A DNA stretch of 63,852 nucleotides, filler included, from Octopus bimaculoides (taxonomy: Eukaryota): assembly GCF_001194135.2 (NCBI RefSeq). It is 5 parts of 5 records of this genome, joined end to end, with 100 filler letters (N's around TTAATTAATTAA, not from the genome) between each part and the next. Parts side by side here need not be neighbours in the genome. Positions count along the whole stretch, not along the records: positions 1 to 20,060 come from NC_068991.1; positions 20,161 to 50,016 come from NC_069006.1; 3 more parts are not named here. One strand, written 5' to 3'. This document shows, piece after piece, positions 12,620 to 25,012 of this stretch. Below the pieces are notes generated by a model. It had not been told where the DNA came from. It was given only the letters and a program-made list of their open reading frames with translations, and did not search any database. Numbering within the stretch: position 1 is the first letter of the stretch; every line of letters begins with the position of its first letter. The translations under genes and the position numbers were made by a program.

Positions 12620-13730
12620 TTTGATATGTGACAACATATTGATGTACGCTCAAAGGGTTGTAATACCAGTCTCTTTACAAAATCGGATGTGAAAAGAATT
12701 TCACGTCTGACATCCAGGAATCGGGAGGATGAAGGCACTTATGATAAGCTACATTTACTGGCCGAATATGGATCAGGATATTAAAAACTGATGAAAGCCT
12801 GCAAGGGTAGTGCCCTGACAGAAAGGCACCACCTGTAAAAATTCAACCTTGGTCCAACACTGACGTACTTTGGTCTAGATTGCAAATAGATTTTGTAGGG
12901 CCACGAATGGTGTGTATTATCTAGTGGTTGTAGAGAGTCACATAAAATGAACGGAAATATGTAAATGCAGAAAGCCAAACTCTAAAGTAACAAGAATTTT
13001 TGGATTAATTTTTTGCACGATTTGGTATCCCAGACACCATAGTGTCTGATAACGGAACACAGTTCACGGAAAAGTAGTTTAAAAACGTTTGTAAAATGCA
13101 TTCAATAGAGCATGTTATCACCCCGCCATACCATTCGAGATCTAAGGGACTAGCGGAACGTTTCGTAGACACATTAAAGAGAGCTATGACGAAAACTAGA
13201 AATGGATTATTACTGGATGATAAAATTGGATACTACATTGACGCAAATCTTGCATGTCTACAGAATAACGCCTAACCCCAACACAGAGTCGGGTATGTCG
13301 CAAGTTGAACTAATATTTGCCAAGAAAGTCAGGCCAGTATTTGATAAACTACTACCGAGAAGAAAACAACTATAAGAAAAAAAAAATTGACAAACACTGA
13401 AAATAAAATGAAAGTATTTCAATACAGGTGACAGTGTCTTTTGAAAAATATAAAAATGGCAAACAATGCTGAGAGGAAGGAAAAATAGCTAAACATTTAG
13501 GAAGAGTGACATATGTGAAAAGGGCATACGTGGGAATATAAGAGACACCTGAACCAAATGAAAAAAAGACTTACAGAAGGAAAAATAAGGCAGGAAAAGC
13601 CGATAGAAATTCTATACATGTTTGATGTTCCGGTACAGCAAGAAATGTTTGAACCAGCGTGTACGTCATGTAGGAAAAGAAAGCGGGCGGAAATGTTGAA
13701 AATTGAACCAAAAATTAAAAAAAAATATTT
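12620..13730 (+). mobile_element. Ty3/Gypsy LTR retrotransposon integrase remnant (degenerate)
   Basis: Seen by manual translation, with stops and frameshifts: ...RVVIPVSLQ...HPGIGRMKALM.SYIYWPNMDQDI (HHCC region), WSRLQIDFVG, FARFGIPDTIVSDNGTQFT, PPYH.RSKGLAERFVDTLKR, YR.TP. These are the D,D35E integrase core motifs. Confidence 0.9.
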
Positions 13731-13824
13731 CAATTTCTCCCCGAGGAAGTAAAAAAAAAAAAGGGGTGGGGGAGAGAAAGGTGGTAATAAATAAAAGTAT
13801 TGACTCTCAGGGAAAGTTAAACGT

Positions 13825-14530
13825 AAAAGGGAGAGATGTTGTGGTGGAATCCGAACACTCTCGTAAAAGAATAAATGAACAGTGCCGAAATGTGTAAATA
13901 CGCATGCGTGATGTAGACACCAGACGAATCTGATTTTCGTTTCCCGCCAAAAGTTTTCTGGCGCGAGACTATCCATTCTTGAAGTTTCTGTTGAAATTGT
14001 TGTCCGTAGCCTGTTTGTCATGTTTTGTTTTGTTGTTCTTTCCCCCCTATTTTGGGACGAAAATTGATTTTCATCCCAATATGGAGGTGGACCCCATTCC
14101 AAGCTATGCGGCTGCTGCAGGAGAGGGAAAGAATGCTGTTGCCTCGCTGGTGGTGAAGAAGCAAGAGGTTAGCCAAGAGATTCTGAATGAATGTGGACAG
14201 TACGTTGACAAAAAGGGGACGGCTTTAAAGGTGGTCCCTCCTAAAGTAAGTGTGGAAGTGAAACGAAAAAGAACGGTGGTCAATCGAACACAATCGGCCA
14301 CATCACGGAAAATAGAAGTCGGGACGGAAAAGGATATAGTGTTGCCTGCTACCAGTAATGGAGAGGGCATGATGGTGAACATGTTTTTATATATAATTCC
14401 ATTTTGTTTCAACGGGTGTAATTTGTGACATTCTGTTTCAATTCGTTTTCAGTTGATAAAATGTATTGGACGGGCGGGCTTCGAACGTTCATTGTGGAAA
14501 CGTTTATCAAGAACAACGGAAACATAACTG
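13825..14530 (+). mobile_element. Polypurine tract and probable 3' LTR of the Gypsy element
   Basis: Seen: AAAAGGGAGAGA (13825-13836) immediately followed by TGTTGTGG at 13837, just downstream of the integrase. The right end (~14528, ...AACATAAC) is inferred. No second LTR is present in the window to confirm it. Confidence 0.5.
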
Positions 14531-15737
14531 CAATATATATATATATATATATATATATATCTGTATGTATGTNNNNNNNNNNNNNNNNNNNNNNNNNNNN
14601 NNNNNNNNNNNNNNNNNNNNNNNNNNNNNNNNNNNNNNNNNNNNNNNNNNNNNNNNNNNNNNNNNNNNNNNNNNNNNNNNNNNNNNNNNNNNNNNNNNNN
14701 NNNNNNNNNNNNNNNNNNNNNNNNNNNNNNNNNNNNNNNNNNNNNNNNNNNNNNNNNNNNNNNNNNNNNNNNNNNNNNNNNNNNNNNNNNNNNNNNNNNN
14801 NNNNNNNNNNNNNNNNNNNNNNNNNNNNNNNNNNNNNNNNNNNNNNNNNNNNNNNNNNNNNNNNNNNNNNNNNNNNNNNNNNNNNNNNNNNNNNNNNNNN
14901 NNNNNNNNNNNNNNNNNNNNNNNNNNNNNNNNNNNNNNNNNNNNNNNNNNNNNNNNNNNNNNNNNNNNNNNNNNNNNNNNNNNNNNNNNNNNNNNNNNNN
15001 NNNNNNNNNNNNNNNNNNNNNNNNNNNNNNNNNNNAAAAAAAAAAAAAAGAATATGAATAAATAAATAAAATGACATAAATAAAAGAGGAAAAAACGGAA
15101 AGAAAGCTAAAAAGAAAAAAAAAGGAAGGAAAACTATTTAAAAAAAAAAAAACCCAATTTCTCGTTTCGGGTAAGTGTCAAGGATTTAGTCAGAATTTAG
15201 CAGGACACAGCTCTTGAAATTGGTTATAAAATTGAATGACCGTGAAACCAGCAGCTCATCCCGAAATCCTCCAACACTTCAACTTAGGAAATCCTGCAAA
15301 TTTAATTGAAATTCCATATTATATAGTGTAGTATTGTTAATATGTTTTTTCCTCACTGTCATTATTATTATTATTGTTATTATTCTTCTTATTATTATTA
15401 GTAGTAGTAGTGGTAGGAATAGCATTATTGTTGTTGTTGTTATAAATACTCTATGGTTTCCTTTTAGCTTGTGCTGCCATAACTTGTTTTATATTCAATA
15501 GTAACGGCTGTGAATATTAAGTGGTCTTCGGCATGCAGTCTAACCGTACTTAAATAGATTTATATCAAATATGCATAATGTCTCAGTGGAATTTTTTCTC
15601 CTTTACTCGTTTTAATGAAAGTGTAATCCATAGGTCACTGAAATTGCAAACATCAAAAACACCAACAATAGCAAAAACAACAACAACAACAGTAATAATG
15701 AAGATGATAATGACAATAATAATAATAATAATAACAA

Positions 15738-16460
15738 GCCTATTACATGACCCCACACTCATGGATAAGTGAATATTTGAGTATATTCCGTATAGCAGAC
15801 AACATAAGAGAATGAACTTTAGCATGAATAAATGGAAAGCAGATCTCTATTCAGGTGACACAGTCTTAGGGAAAGTTAATATCAAGAGAGAAATATTTGA
15901 AGGGGATTCGATATCCCCTTTAATGCTTGTCTTATGTTTGATTCCCCTGCGGTTTAGTATTAAGGGTGGAAAAAGCAGGGTATCAGTTCAAAATTAGTTA
16001 GGAAAAAATTAACCATTTGTTCAACACGGATGATCTGAAGTCTGTTAGCAAGAATGAAAAAGAGGTAGATTCCTTAATTCAGACTGTGAGACTCTTCGAC
16101 AAAGATATAGGCATGGAATTTGGCATAGAAAAATGTGAAATATTAGCCATGAGAATGGAACAGGTAGTCAACAGAGAGGACATCCAATTACCAGATGGCC
16201 AGACATTAAAATCATTGAAAAGAGGAGAGTTATGAGTATCTAGGAGTATTAGAATCTGACAGGGTACTGACTACACAAATGAAAATGTAGATCGAGAAGG
16301 AGTACATCAGAAGGGTGAGGAAGTTAATGAAGTCAAGGTTAAATGGTTCGAACCTAGTGAAGGCTGTAAATACTTGGGCAAGCAGGATCATTACTTAGAT
16401 ACTCATCAACTTTTGTAGATTCGACAAAGACTGAATTAGCAAAGCTAGACAGAACTGGGA
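15738..16460 (+). mobile_element. Non-LTR retrotransposon RT fragment, R4/Dong-like (RLE class)
   Basis: Seen: PHSWISEYL..., GKVNIKREIFEGDSISPLMLVLCLIPL, INHLFNTDDLK (degenerate F/YxDD), QTVRLFDKDIGMEFGIEKC, YxYLGVLE, NLVKAVNTWA. The clade assignment is from recalled motif similarity. Confidence 0.8.
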
Positions 16461-16686
16461 AGGAATTCAATATAAATGGAGGGGTTTCTAAGCTGGAATG
16501 CGCGGAGGATCGAATGTCCTGCAGAAATTACTTCACTTCTGTGATTTTACTATCAGCTGGGCACCATACAAAATTTTTTTTTAAATAATATTTTTTTCTG
16601 GTGGAAAGTTGAGATCTACTGATATAGAAATTCTTATAAGTAGATAAATGCAAGGATAGTTATTCATGAATAGGTCGAAATATTTT

Positions 16687-16780
<94 letters not shown>

Positions 16781-16982
16781 TACACACACTAATATATATG
16801 GTGGTTGTCTACTTCTTATACAGAGTTTCACCACCTCCTGTACCTACACCATAGAACCATCATGGCATCTCTGATGTGGCATTTTACACCAGTGTTTTGA
16901 AAAGACACCCACATAGATTGTATATCTATATCTATCTATCTATCTATACATGTATCCATATCTATATGTATGTATATATGTG

Positions 16983-17026
<44 letters not shown>

Positions 17027-17333
17027 AATATATATATATANNNNNNNNNNNNNNNNNNNNNNNNNNNNNNNNNNNNNNNNNNNNNNNNNNNNNNNNNNNN
17101 NNNNNNNNNNNNNNNNNNNNNNNNNNNNNNNNNNNNNNNNNNNNNNNNNNNNNNNNNNNNNNNNNNNNNNNNNNNNNNNNNNNNNNNNNNNNNNNNNNNN
17201 NNNNNNNNNNNNNNNNNNNNNNNNNNNNNNNNNNNNNNNNNNNNNNNNNNNNNNNNNNNNNNNNNNNNNNNNNNNNNNNNNNNNNNNNNNNNNNNNNNNN
17301 NNNNNNNNNNNNNNNNNNNNNNNNNNNNNNNNN

Positions 17334-17374
<41 letters not shown>

Positions 17375-19174
17375 CATACATACATACATACATACATACA
17401 AGCATAATACATACATACATACATACATACATACATACATACATACATACATACATGCTACCCGCTTATAAACATACATGGAGTAACGAAGCACTCTTGT
17501 AAGACAATATATCCATTGAGGCGTCACCATATGGACGATAATTCCCAACGATTCTACTTTGTTATAAAGTGGTCTTATAAACATTACCCACAAAACCAAC
17601 ATGCTCTTGAGGATCAGGCATTTTTGTCCTGTTAGCAGATATCTGAAAGCGAATATACTTCCTCTTAATAACTATTCTGTTTCCAAACCGGAGAAAAATG
17701 CAGTAAAGACTTAAGGATTTAATTTAAGGTAAAAATGACAGCTGGCTAGCAACTCAGCATTGTCAGGAACGGGGGGTATTCGCTGCGTGGCGAGAGGTTA
17801 CGTATTCAAGTAACACAGGCACGTGGCTGATGAGGACAAATAGTTCAAGCTAGCACTGTGACTTGTCGTTTCGCTGTCTTCATACTTGATTCGTTGAATT
17901 CATCACTCTGCACGCTGTCATTTAATTCATTATTATACATTTCTATATATATATACATTGACACATACATGAAAATATACATATATGCATAAATATATAC
18001 ATACAAACAAGCATACATATATGCGTGTGTACGTACGTGAGTAGACAAACACTCCTAGCACACATACAGACTCAAACGCGAACATACAGCTATGCATGTA
18101 TATATAAGAGCACAGGCATGGCTGAGTGGAAAAGCAGTTCGCATTCGCAATCATGACGTCCGGGGATCGAATCCAGCAGGGCACGCACGTGGGTGATTGT
18201 ATTTCGTGTACCCACGGGTGACAAAGTTTGTGCGTGGAAATGGTTGGCTAGAAATTACGTAGAAATTGCTCCGATTCATTGCGTTTGTATTTTAGAATCC
18301 CTGTTTTGCCACTTTTATTATACTTGAGAGTTATTTTAAGAAGCCGAGTTCGTGTGGACCTCTAAATGACTTCGGAGAGGAACAAGGGTCCAGCATGTGT
18401 GCACGCGCGTGTGTATGTGTGTGTATGTGTATATTGTACTTGCGTGTATACGTATGCAAGTATTCACATATACATATATACATATATATATACATATATA
18501 TGTATATATATGTATACACATATATATATGCATATATATATACATATATGTATATATATGTACATATATATGTATATACTTATGTTGCATCTTATAGTTG
18601 CACACACACTTGTATATAAATATATATATAAACGCACTCATATTTACATAGTCATATGTGTATATGAGTTATGTGTGAGTGTGAGCGTGTGCATGCGTGC
18701 ATCTGTGCATCCATATGTGTGTGTATGTAAATGCATATATCTACCTGCGTATGTATGTATGTTTATATGTATGTATGCATGCATGTATGTATGTATGTAT
18801 GTACGTATGTATGAAAATTGACTCAGTAATGAGTCTAATTATTGCTTCTAATTTGATGAAGCGCACCAATTAACCCATTTTCAACGTAGATGTCACGTAA
18901 TGATTAAAAGCAATGCAAATGCCTGCCATATGACACCGTATACCGCATCTATCTCTTCAATTCACCAAAAAAAAAACAGTTAACAGATGCACAAACCTAC
19001 AAACATCTACCGATTTTCTCGTACTAAGACACAAAATCAGACAGGCTTATGTGCACTCACTCATACACATTCACACACACATACACACACACACTCAAGC
19101 ACATGCTTGCATATATATATATATATTATATATATATAACATCGGTTAAATATTCAAATGAATACTCATAAAGA

Positions 19175-19207
<33 letters not shown>

Positions 19208-19208
<1 letters not shown>

Positions 19209-19640
19209 GAGTGAGAGAGCAGTGCATGCCATCAAAGTGACGCTGGGGTAAAATATACAAAGCCCAGTATACCCATCATGACTACCCGTCTGATAAGGGT
19301 ACAACATACACATGCATCACAACCATATGTGCGCGACATAGTGATCTCATATCAAGATAAATAGCGCAAGACCTCGAAGGTGGGGCCCAGTTAGAATTGT
19401 TTTCAGGTCGAGTAGCCCATCCCGCTCAAAAGGTCCATGAATAAGGTTTGTTTAAGGATGTTGAGCAAAACACCCATGTTTCCAAAGGTGAATTATTTAA
19501 ACCTCAAAGAACTCCTCTCAACACATGGCTATGATGCTCCACCACTACATCTGCTCGTGATCAGAGATGCACATATCATCAGCCACCAAGGGACATGCCC
19601 AACTGGATAAGGTCAAACAACTGACAAGCAAATCTGTGGT
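19208..19640 (-). mobile_element. Retroposon 3' end with (TAA)n tail, family unassigned
   Basis: Seen: on the minus strand the segment ends ...GCACTGCTCTCTCACTC and runs straight into (AAT)n at 19177-19207, a typical LINE/SINE tail. Confidence 0.45.
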
Positions 19641-19739
19641 ATTGAGCAGAATATTTGCTGTAGCCCATCTTTTATACCAAGACAAAACAACGTACATGAT
19701 AACACTTCTATTATTATTATTATTATTATTATTATTGTA

Positions 19740-20060
19740 GAACGTAAGAAAACAGAGCGGGATTTAGTTAACAAACTAGACGAGGCTCTTGGGACAGGCA
19801 TCGCAACCGACGTGTTAGCAGCGAAGTTGGCCCTCAACCAACACTTTGATGCCAAGCATGAAGGCTGCGTTGTCAGAGCTAAAGCACTTTCGGTAAGCGG
19901 GGAGGGGACTAAGGCCGCTCGATGGGCCCGCGTGGTTGAGGCGAAGCGTGGCAACAGAGCGACCATTCGGTCTTTGGTGAACCAGAACGACTGCGAGATT
20001 TCGGGGCCGAAGCAGATGTGTTCGGCCTTTCAGCAACACTTTGCTCAATTGTTCGGGACA
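19740..20060 (+). mobile_element. L1/Tx1-like LINE ORF2 fragment (linker between endonuclease and RT), cut by a gap
   Basis: Seen: ...HEGCVVRAKALSVSGEGTKAARWARVVEAKRGNRATIRSLVNQNDCEISGPKQMCSAFQQHFAQLFG, similar to the GxxxRxR...EGE...IxxL...FxxLY linker of L1/Tx1 ORF2. Confidence 0.6.
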
Positions 20061-20160
20061 NNNNNNNNNNNNNNNNNNNNNNNNNNNNNNNNNNNNNNNN
20101 NNNNTTAATTAATTAANNNNNNNNNNNNNNNNNNNNNNNNNNNNNNNNNNNNNNNNNNNN
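20061..20160. other. Artificial 100-bp scaffold spacer (44 N + TTAATTAATTAA + 44 N)
   Basis: Seen: the identical construction occurs at 20061-20160, 50017-50116, 58930-59029 and 62316-62415. The 12-mer gives stops in all six frames, so it is an assembly linker. Confidence 0.95.
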
Positions 20161-20416
20161 ATATATATATATATATATATATATATAATGTATGTATGTA
20201 TTTGTGTATGTGTTTGTCCTCCCGCCATCGCTTGACAATCGATGTTGGTGTAAATACGTACCTGTAACTTAGCGGTTTGGCCTAAGTAACCGATATAAGT
20301 TCTAAGCTTACAAAGAATAACTCCAGGGTTCGATTTGTTTGACTAAAGGCGGTGCTCCAGCATGGCTGCAGTCAAATGACTGAAACAAAAAGATAAAAGA
20401 ATATACATGTATATAA

Positions 20417-20453
<37 letters not shown>

Positions 20454-20469
20454 TGTAAGGTCTGCAATT

Positions 20470-20600
20470 CAATGGTTGAAAGTTAATCGATTACATCAAC
20501 CCTAGTGTTTCATTAGTGTCGATTTGATCAAAGACCTCGAATGAATTTGAACTCAAAACAGAAGACCGGAACAAATATCGCAAGAGACTTTGTCTCTACC
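20470..20600 (-). mobile_element. SINE-A degraded copy (the only minus-strand copy seen)
   Basis: Seen: GAATTTGAACTCAAAAC is the reverse complement of the B-box region. Confidence 0.55.
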
Positions 20601-20682
20601 ACTTTAACAAACTGACCGACATCGTCCTCCACACAAACACACTCATGGCTGCGTTGTTGCGAACCAAATGCCTTCTGATGAT

Positions 20683-21042
20683 TCAAACTGGTGGGCGGAA
20701 ATTGTGCGGAAGCCGTCGTGAGTGTGTGTGTGTTTGTATGTGGAGAGAGAGAGAGTGAGGGATCACGTGATCAACCAGTCTATAAGATGTTATACATTGC
20801 GGGTCACAATGTATTTCGCATTGTTTTAGCATTTGAATGATGCCACGCCGCTGGCCGGATGGGCAGGCCAACATTCTCTCCCCCTAGTCGATTGCGGGGA
20901 TTACCACAGCTGAGTGGACTGGAACAATTATAAAATAAAGTGTTCTGCTCAAAAACACAACGCTGCGCTCGGTCTGAGAATCGAACCCACAATTTAGTGA
21001 TTATGAATGCAGCACCCTAACCACTTGGCCAATCGCCTTCGC
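20683..21042 (-). mobile_element. SINE-C (tRNA-derived) copy
   Basis: Seen on the minus strand: GGCCAAGTGGTTAGGGTG (A-box-like), GGGTTCGATTCTC (B-box-like), CCAGTCCACTCAGCTG body. Related copies at 35752-36048(-), 43120-43252(-), 62870-63242(+, same head, different tail) and 18110-18190(+, head only). Confidence 0.75.
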
Positions 21043-21493
21043 ATATATTTATTCACACATGTGTGTGCGTGTGATATGCATTTATCTCTCACAACGAGTG
21101 TTGGTTCATTTGCGTCTTTTTTAACGTAAGGGTTCGGTACCAACAGTCGGACAGAATAAATACCAGACTTTAAAAGTGAGGACTGCCATCGATTGATGAA
21201 CTGGACCCTTCACATGCTGCTCCATCGTGGCCGCAATTTAATGACTGAAGCAAAAGAATGAAAATACACACTGGACAAAAATCCTCGAAGTCGATAGACC
21301 CCCCGCCTCCTCTTATACGCGCGCGCACAACATGTCTATATATATATATATACACATACACGCATATATTCACATACACACACAAATGTGTGTTTATGTT
21401 TTTATTTCTCAAAGGAAAAAATTCAGGAAACAAACGAACAAAGAAAATGTGTGTACATGTAAGGTGTGTGTGTACACACACACACACACACAC

Positions 21494-21536
<43 letters not shown>

Positions 21537-21539
21537 TAT

Positions 21540-22307
21540 GTACATAGTATTAATCCTTTGTTTTCTCATCCGAATTCTCCCCCTCTCTTATTTCTGTCTA
21601 TAAACTCTGCCTCCCCTTCCTTTTTCCACTACTCCTGCCACTTCTTTTCCGATTCTCGTTTCTCCCTTTTATTCACCTCCGCCTCCATCGTCTAATCTCC
21701 CCTTTGTGTGTGTATGTGTATGTATATATTCGTGTGCTTCGGTGTTTACGTGTGTGTGTGTGTGTGAACCACTACTTTCATCTCTTCGTATTTTCCCCTT
21801 TCTTTTTATACTTAACCCTCTCCCTTCTCCCCTTTTTCCTCTTCATTTTTTTCCTACAGATTCTTTTTTTCTCTGCTCCTCCCCTTCTAACTTCACCTCC
21901 TACTACTACTTAGCTGTTTCAGTTTCGCAGTCAGTGTCGATAGCCACTACTACTACTCCTCCTCTGCTGCTGCTACTTGCACTCGTCCTCTTAACGTTTC
22001 TGTCATCACTTTAGTGTAGATAGTCTCTTAACTACTGAAACGAAACGAAACGATATATCCCCGATTCTAATGCCGGCAACTTACAAAATTAAAGAACAAA
22101 AGCTAGATTTGACTGAAAAAAACAAAAGAAACAACTCAGTATTTAACTCGATATTTAGACTATAAAACAAGTGAAAAAAAATATATATTACGGTTTAACA
22201 ATTATTGAAAAAAAATTTTAATTTCCTCTTCGTTGAGGTTATTTTTATTTTTAATTAAAATAATATATCATTAATAATTTTGGAAAGAATACCAAATGAA
22301 TACATAG

Positions 22308-22339
<32 letters not shown>

Positions 22340-23323
22340 CTCTCTTTCTAATATGTATGTGTGTACGAATATATAGGTGTGTGTGTGTATAGATGTATTG
22401 TTTGAGTCGGTTTCGTATTTTGTTTTTGTGTCGTCTGCGAAATGAAGGGAAAGAAAAGAGTGGGAGGGAAAAAGGAGAGAGTAACAATGTAAGAGACGAA
22501 GGGGAGAGAGAAATAGACAGGGTATAATAGAGAGGTGGAAGAGAGAGCTTACCTATAAAAGAGACAAAGTGGGAGGAGAGATAGAGGTACGAAATAAAAA
22601 GGAAGTGAGTGTCACGAGTAAAGTATTAATAAAAATAATAAACATATATATACGTGTGTGTGTGTGTGTGTGTGATAGACAGAGAGGGATATGTGTATAT
22701 ATATATATAGAGATAGGGTGATAGAGAGTAAGAAAGAAAATGTGGGTGAATGAAAGAGGAAGTGTTAAGAGTAGAGAGAGGAGAAAAAGTGAAAAGCAGT
22801 GATAGAGACTGTGAGTAATAGGAGGAGGTGGAAACTAGAGGAAGTAAACACAATGAAAGATAAAGATTGAAGGTGGGAGTGAGTGAGTGAGAGAGTGAGT
22901 AAGGTGTGAATGAGGGAGGTTAAGGAGTGTGTGAGGGAGAAAAGGAAGTGAGAGAGNNNNNNNNNNNNNNNNNNNNNNNNNNNNNNNNNNNNNNNNNNNN
23001 NNNNNNNNNNNNNNNNNNNNNNNNNNNNNNNNNNNNNNNNNNNNNNNNNNNNNNNNNNNNNNNNNNNNNNNNNNNNNNNNNNNNNNNNNNNNNNNNNNNN
23101 NNNNNNNNNNNNNNNNNNNNNNNNNNNNNNNNNNNNNNNNNNNNNNNNNNNNNNNNNNNNNNNNNNNNNNNNNNNNNNNNNNNNNNNNNNNNNNNNNNNN
23201 NNNNNNNNNNNNNNNNNNNNNNNNNNNNNNNNNNNNNNNNNNNNNNNNNNNNNNNNNNNNNNNNNNNNNNNNNNNNNNNNNNNNNNNNNNNNNNNNNNNN
23301 NNNNNNNNNNNNNNNNNNNNNNN

Positions 23324-23354
<31 letters not shown>

Positions 23355-23681
23355 TGTATGTATATATAATATACATGAGATAGCACCTCCACATGCATTT
23401 TTCCACCAGCTAACACGAAATATTCACACCACACATACCTAAGTGTATGATTATAAGTAAAAAAAATGTATACGTACCCCAGGTAACACAAATAGCTCAG
23501 CTACACACACACACACACATGTATCTATATGTATATATTATATACACTACCCAACACTACACAACTAACATACATCCTTAGAAATCTCACCCTTTAAATA
23601 CACACACATTTATACTCGATCACCCTGTTGCCACCACCGCTGCCACCCTAGTTCTGTTGCCTTGTCGTGTCCCCCCGCCCT

Positions 23682-23743
<62 letters not shown>

Positions 23744-23802
23744 CACACACACACTACGCACACACGCAACACCAACACCAAAATCGTTTAGTGTTTGGTG
23801 TT
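21540..23802 (+). promoter_or_regulatory. Putative NLK promoter / 5' UTR region
   Basis: Seen: a zone free of recognisable TEs upstream of the ATG, with a CT-rich block (21560-22010), TCAGTT/TCAGTG Initiator-like motifs (21919, 21931), an A-rich block, a GA-rich block (22440-22955), a gap and (TA)26 at 23685-23736. The TSS position is inference only. Confidence 0.3.
23685..23736. repeat. (TA)26 microsatellite 66 nt upstream of the NLK ATG
   Basis: Seen directly. Confidence 0.95.
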
Positions 23803-23996
23803 ATGGCGGTGGTTGGCCACAGACACACTCGGCATATGATGGCTTTCCAGGGGCCAGCAGCTACCACTACACCTCAGGCTCCCTCACAACAAGCCATACT
23901 AGCCGCAGTGGCCGTCCCATACTACCAGGTTGTACCAGCACCCCAGGATGTTCAACCAGACCGACCAATTGGATATGGAGCTTTCGGTGTTGTTTG
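23803..23996 (+). CDS. NLK: Nemo-like kinase, first coding exon (64 codons + 2 nt; partial gene)
   Basis: Seen: ATG at 23803 in good context (G at -3, G at +4) reads MAVVGHRHTRHMMAFQGPAATTTPQAPSQQAILAAVAVPYYQVVPAPQDVQPDRPIGYGAFGVVW. The Trp codon is split TG|gtaagt at 23996/23997, a consensus donor. Established: (D/Q)(I/V)(E/Q)PDRPIGYGAFGVVW is the diagnostic start of the NLK/nemo kinase domain (Gly-rich loop). Confidence 0.93.
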
Positions 23997-24237
23997 GTAA
24001 GTAATAACAATTTATAAACCTACAAATCTCCTCTTAATTAACCACATTTTTGTCTCCATCTTTTCCTCGTAACATCTAAAATTATCTTTCTATCCGTTTA
24101 TGTCTATTTCTATAATCAAAGAATATAAATTTGTGTATATTCCACGAGATTTAGCCACTGTAGATTATACACACATAAACAAATTTGTGTATATTTTACG
24201 AGATTTAGCCATTGGTCTGATAATGTGTACACATACT

Positions 24238-24269
<32 letters not shown>

Positions 24270-24299
24270 CTTCTGATGGAAGTTTAAAAAAAGGAAATG

Positions 24300-24480
24300 G
24301 ATTTGGCAGAATCGGTTGAGTCGTCGACAAAAATGCTTTGCGTTATTATTCAGTTATGTCCCTTTACGTTTCGAGTTCAAATCCTGCTGAGTCTTTCTTT
24401 CTTCTCGGCGCGTGGCGAGATTGAAAATAAATCCCCAGTGTAATTACTGGTATTCATCAAACCCCCTTTAAAACCCTTAA
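24300..24480 (+). mobile_element. SINE-A degraded copy
   Basis: Seen: TTGGCAGAATCGGTT...TTCGAGTTCAAATCCTGCTGAG. Confidence 0.55.
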
Positions 24481-24662
24481 TAGTCGAGGCTTTCGGGCCC
24501 CTTCCTGGATATATCTATCGTTCAACTTCCACTGCCATTGTCTCATATACTGCCACGAAAATATTCTCTACACCCTCTTTATCTCACACAAAGCACATCG
24601 TTTATACAACAATGTGTTATACACACACACACCCTCTCATTCTACTTGCATTAACCTTTATA

Positions 24663-24717
<55 letters not shown>

Positions 24718-24879
24718 GATGTCTTTGTTCCTTTGTACATTTCACGCTGGTTCTCTCAACAAACGTGTGTCACCTTTATACACACAACACTTAAGTATAT
24801 AGAACGTTCAGTGCGTCCACACGCGCGCTCAAATTTTGTCTTGGAAATTATATACTCATTTCAACGTGTGTGTGTATAA

Positions 24880-24913
<34 letters not shown>

Positions 24914-24960
24914 ATTGACAGAAGGGTTGATGTGACGTTATATTGTGTATATGTATAAAT

Positions 24961-25012
<52 letters not shown>

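Noticed and set aside
13979-14428. 149-aa and 102-aa ORFs downstream of the integrase
   Set aside because: They fall inside the probable LTR, have no recognisable motif and start at non-ATG codons or overlap on both strands.
20105-20116. Palindromic TTAATTAATTAA recurring four times (20105, 50061, 58974, 62360)
   Set aside because: It is always centred in exactly 44 N + 12 + 44 N, so it is an artificial six-frame-stop scaffold linker, not biology.
23662-23802. In-frame upstream extension of NLK from a TTG through (TA)26
   Set aside because: It needs a non-AUG start and encodes a YIYI run from an unstable repeat. The ATG at 23803 aligns with the known NLK N-terminus.
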